Below are positions 60,027-64,000 of a stretch of 64,000 nt of DNA, in pieces (the first letter of the stretch is position 1; each line of letters opens with the position of its first letter). Location of the stretch: positions 35,030,001 through 35,094,000 of the forward strand of contig CM022670.1 of assembly GCA_012295275.1 (NCBI GenBank). The letters are read 5' to 3'. The notes under the pieces were generated by a model that ran no database searches, was not told where the DNA came from, and saw only the letters and a list, made by a program, of their open reading frames with translations. A program made the translations under genes and the position numbers. This stretch comes from Chrysomallon squamiferum. Taxonomy: Eukaryota > Animalia > Mollusca.

Positions 60027-60745
60027 ATCATTTCTAATTAATTTTTCAAGAGTGTTTGCACCTTCTTCGGCAGAACAATTTTGGTCAGTTAATTACAATT
60101 AACAAGTGGAGATTAACACACGAGAACTTTGATTATATTCAGACGCTCCCGTTACCGAAAATGTGGCAGTCCTCTCTAACTGTGAGTTGAGTTCTAATTG
60201 CCGGCAATAGAACGCCTCACGTTTATCAGATCTGTATTAATTTGTCAGAGATCTTTCTCATTAGCAGTTAGCGATCCGAACACGGAGACCCTCTATGCTG
60301 TAATGTAATTTGTGTTAATACATCTGTGAGAACGTCATTTTAATCGGCTTTCACAAAGCCGCCAATACATCTTTTGGGATGGTCTGTAGAAAAAATCGAC
60401 ACGATGGTTTCCGAGTTAATTAATGTGTATCTATTTAAGATGTTTGTATTTTTCGTTCATGTGACTTTGTTTTGTTACTTTTGCTTGTGCTACATTTCAT
60501 TTTTAGGTCTCAATTGGGGTTTTCTTTTTATTTTATTATTTTTATTTTTTTTGGAGCAGGAGGGTTTGTTCGTTTTGTTTTTTTCGATAATTGATTTATT
60601 TCATTTATTTTTTTATAATGTATCATTATCATCTCCCCATATATATTTTTGAAAACGATAATATATATATTTTTGTTTTATATATATATATATATGTATA
60701 TATATTATATATATATATATATGTATGTATGTATGTTTGTATAAT

Positions 60746-60785
<40 letters not shown>

Positions 60786-60858
60786 GTGGGAAATATTAAC
60801 TTTGTTGTTTTAAATACCAAACCAGTGATAACAACCTTTCAAAATTATAACTGAGAGA

Positions 60859-60948
<90 letters not shown>

Positions 60949-61432
60949 GTATATATATATATATATATTCATATCTATTACCTAACTGTATGTTATATAT
61001 TCATATATTCATATCTATTATCTAACTCTATGTTATATGATAACTCGACAAAATCTCTTTTGCATTATTTACCTGTTTTGGAAACTGGGTCAGAGATCTG
61101 TTCAGAATATGGTGTGATTCATACAAAATTTAGCAGAGACAAAGTAGATGGATTTTTGTTTCTTCTTTCTCTTCACTGGAATAAACACATTCCAGCCAAC
61201 TCAGCCATAAAGTTAATTTCCCTCTGGACCTTGTTTTGTCGCCAGCAGTTTCTATCGTTCATCAAACGTCGACGATAAATTTTAAACACAGTTATAAACT
61301 GTTACATGTTATTTTTTTTATGTGAGTGAATCGAAAGCGTTTATTTTTTAAGGGATGTTTTTTGTTTTTTTAAGAATGTTTTATATCTTGTAACGTAGCT
61401 AATGTCTTTAAAAAAAAATGTAGCAAAATGTT

Positions 61433-61536
<104 letters not shown>

Positions 61537-63199
61537 ACATACTAACGCTTAATTAAAAATATACCCTTAGATCCTGGCTTGTTTCCACGATGTATGTTTG
61601 TATTGTAACCATCCGAGGACATAAGCACGTTTCAAATCACTGACTAACAGATAAGACTAATGAGACTGGTATTTGATCGTGTACAAGACAGAATTCTCGG
61701 GTCAAAGCTAATTTTACCCAGACCATTTAATTTTATTTATCCAAAATAAATATCCTTGCTTGATTTTTTCACTGAAGTGAAATTGCTTTCTCTGTGTTGT
61801 GTAACTGGTAAATATTTAAAAGTGCGACACAGTTCAATTATTCAGAATCTGTCTGTTCTGAGACTGAAAGTCATCTGTCTTATAGTTTCTCAAATGAAGA
61901 AGTATTGATCTTTCTACATCTGTATTAACTTGATGTGTCTTTTGCGTGTTTTTGTCAAGACCAGATCTAAGAAAGATCTCAGAGATGACAGACAGTCACA
62001 GGTATAAACATACGTAAATAACAACCACACAAAAACATATGTGTATGTATGTATGTATGTATGTGTGTATGTGTGTATGTATGTATATATGTATGTGCGA
62101 ATGTGTTTGCACGTTTGTACATATGTGTGTATGAATGTGTGTATGTATGCTAGTCTCTATGTTTGTCTGTACGAGTATGCCTAAGTATAAATGTGTATGT
62201 ATGTGTATGTGTGTGTGTTTTGTGTTTGTGGTTGGTATTTATATATGAACATACTTACGTACGTTCGTACTTAAGTTTGTATGTTTTTCAAATCTATTTG
62301 TGTGGCTTCATCTCAAAACCTTTATCTCTTTTTTGCCTTTAACAATAATAATGATTATTAATTTAAATATTTAATTGTGACTATATTACAATAACTGTTG
62401 AACTATGCTGCATCCATATATAAAAAAATCTTTAAAAAATCAATTAAAATTAATAAGAAACATATACTTCGAAGCTAAATGCTAAAATATGACTCTTTTG
62501 ACTGTAAAGGTTAACAAAACCTCTAAAGTTCATTGCTATTGTTTTGCATGAAAGTTGTTTTTAACATCTTGTTTTAATACAGTCTTGGGATCCGAATAGT
62601 ACCTGGGCTGACCAGAAATCATTAATCAGATCGATATATTCTGATATGTTTTTATATATATCAGTTTCTGTTATTAACGTAACTGTGTACAGAAAAATAC
62701 GATTTTTGCTTCATGTGTGTCGATATCAGTAATGACATGCGATCTCTCGAAAGAAAGACAAGCATACGTATAATGAATAAGAACAAGATACATTCATTGC
62801 CTGCTAATGAGTAAAAGTGCTCACTAATACGTCCGTAATGATCTCGTTAGTAAATGAACACGCTACTGCAGAACCTAGCACGGATGAGATGTAGTGTGTG
62901 GATGTTGTGTTGTGCTTTGTTGATAACTTCGTAGACCTTGTTAATAAATATCTTGTTATTTAGATAGATTTCCAGGTAAAAAAAGGATTTTGATTTTACA
63001 AATATCATTAGAATCTTTTTTTTTTTTTTTTTTTTTTTTTTTCATTATAGAATGTTGCTCTCGTTTGAAATGTGATGGTTTATTTGAAGGAATGTTTCTG
63101 TGTATTTGTATTGGAAAAAGAAAGATAATTATTGAGCGTGTTAGATATAAATAAATGTATAGACACACATACACACATACATGCATACATACACATACA

Positions 63200-63339
<140 letters not shown>

Positions 63340-64000
63340 GTATTATTAAATATGGATGAAGCGAAACAATCTTTATAACATTTGATTGTATCTGAGTTCT
63401 GATTCAGTTTGTTATAGCGAGGGAATTTAAAAAGTAATGTGACTGAATTCATCTCCTTGCATGTTTAGTACTAGAATGCTGCTTATAAGAGGTACTTTAT
63501 TGTTTTGCTTAGATGAAATTTTATTTGGTTTATGGACAAGTGTTGGTTTTGGCTCCTGTAAAATTTCCTGGCCTGCTCATATTATATATCTGTGTAAAAG
63601 CATCACCCAGCAAGCTAATTTCATAAATGTAGTAAAATAATCCATGTCTATGTGGCGTGAAATTCCATTAGACCCGTGAAAACTCTCTGAAATTATATTT
63701 CCATTAGTGGATTTCTGTTTTATTTCATTATAATGCTTAGCGCTCCTGTGGGATTCAGTAACAAGGTCACGAGTGACTGAGATTTTTGTCTTCGTTTCGT
63801 CTCCCTTGACCATATCCGATTACACTGATGGTTAAATACGTGTCAATTTAGTTTATAATTTAATATTTCTGCAGTGGGAATATATATGCAGCTTGCATTT
63901 GTTCGTCCACGCATCTTCACGCATGTGATAGTGAAAGGCACAGAACACGGAGAGATGATTCTCAACAGTGACGTAACCTACGGACCGATGACGTTATTGG

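Overview
Eukaryotic, AT-rich, microsatellite-dense, intron-containing DNA. It is probably invertebrate; a mollusc/gastropod origin is my inference from gene content and repeat style. I assembled genes by hand from GT-AG splice sites and reading-frame phase. (1) The first two exons of a torsin-family AAA+ ATPase (minus strand), with a decayed DNA-transposon relic in intron 2. (2) A 10-coding-exon TMEM144 gene, head-to-head with torsin, carrying a 1-nt homopolymer frameshift. (3) A 12-exon minus-strand gene that the ORF track mostly misses, encoding a ~322-aa predicted secreted protein: unrecognised N-terminal region built from phase-1 small exons, Thr-rich stalk, 12-Cys Ly6/uPAR three-finger domain. 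(4) A recent tandem duplication of an ADP-ribose-reader gene. Copy B joins a macrodomain to a Deltex C-terminal (DTC) domain with no RING and a degenerate DTC active site; copy A has lost the DTC exons and is macro-only. (5) The 5' part of a Shaw/Kv3-like potassium channel, whose 20.5-kb intron holds several minisatellites and a 1-kb tandem duplication. The best candidates for new biology are the RING-less Macro-DTC / macro-only pair and the small-exon Ly6-domain gene. Three apparent single-base losses in homopolymers may be assembly errors and need read-level checking. No database searches were run.
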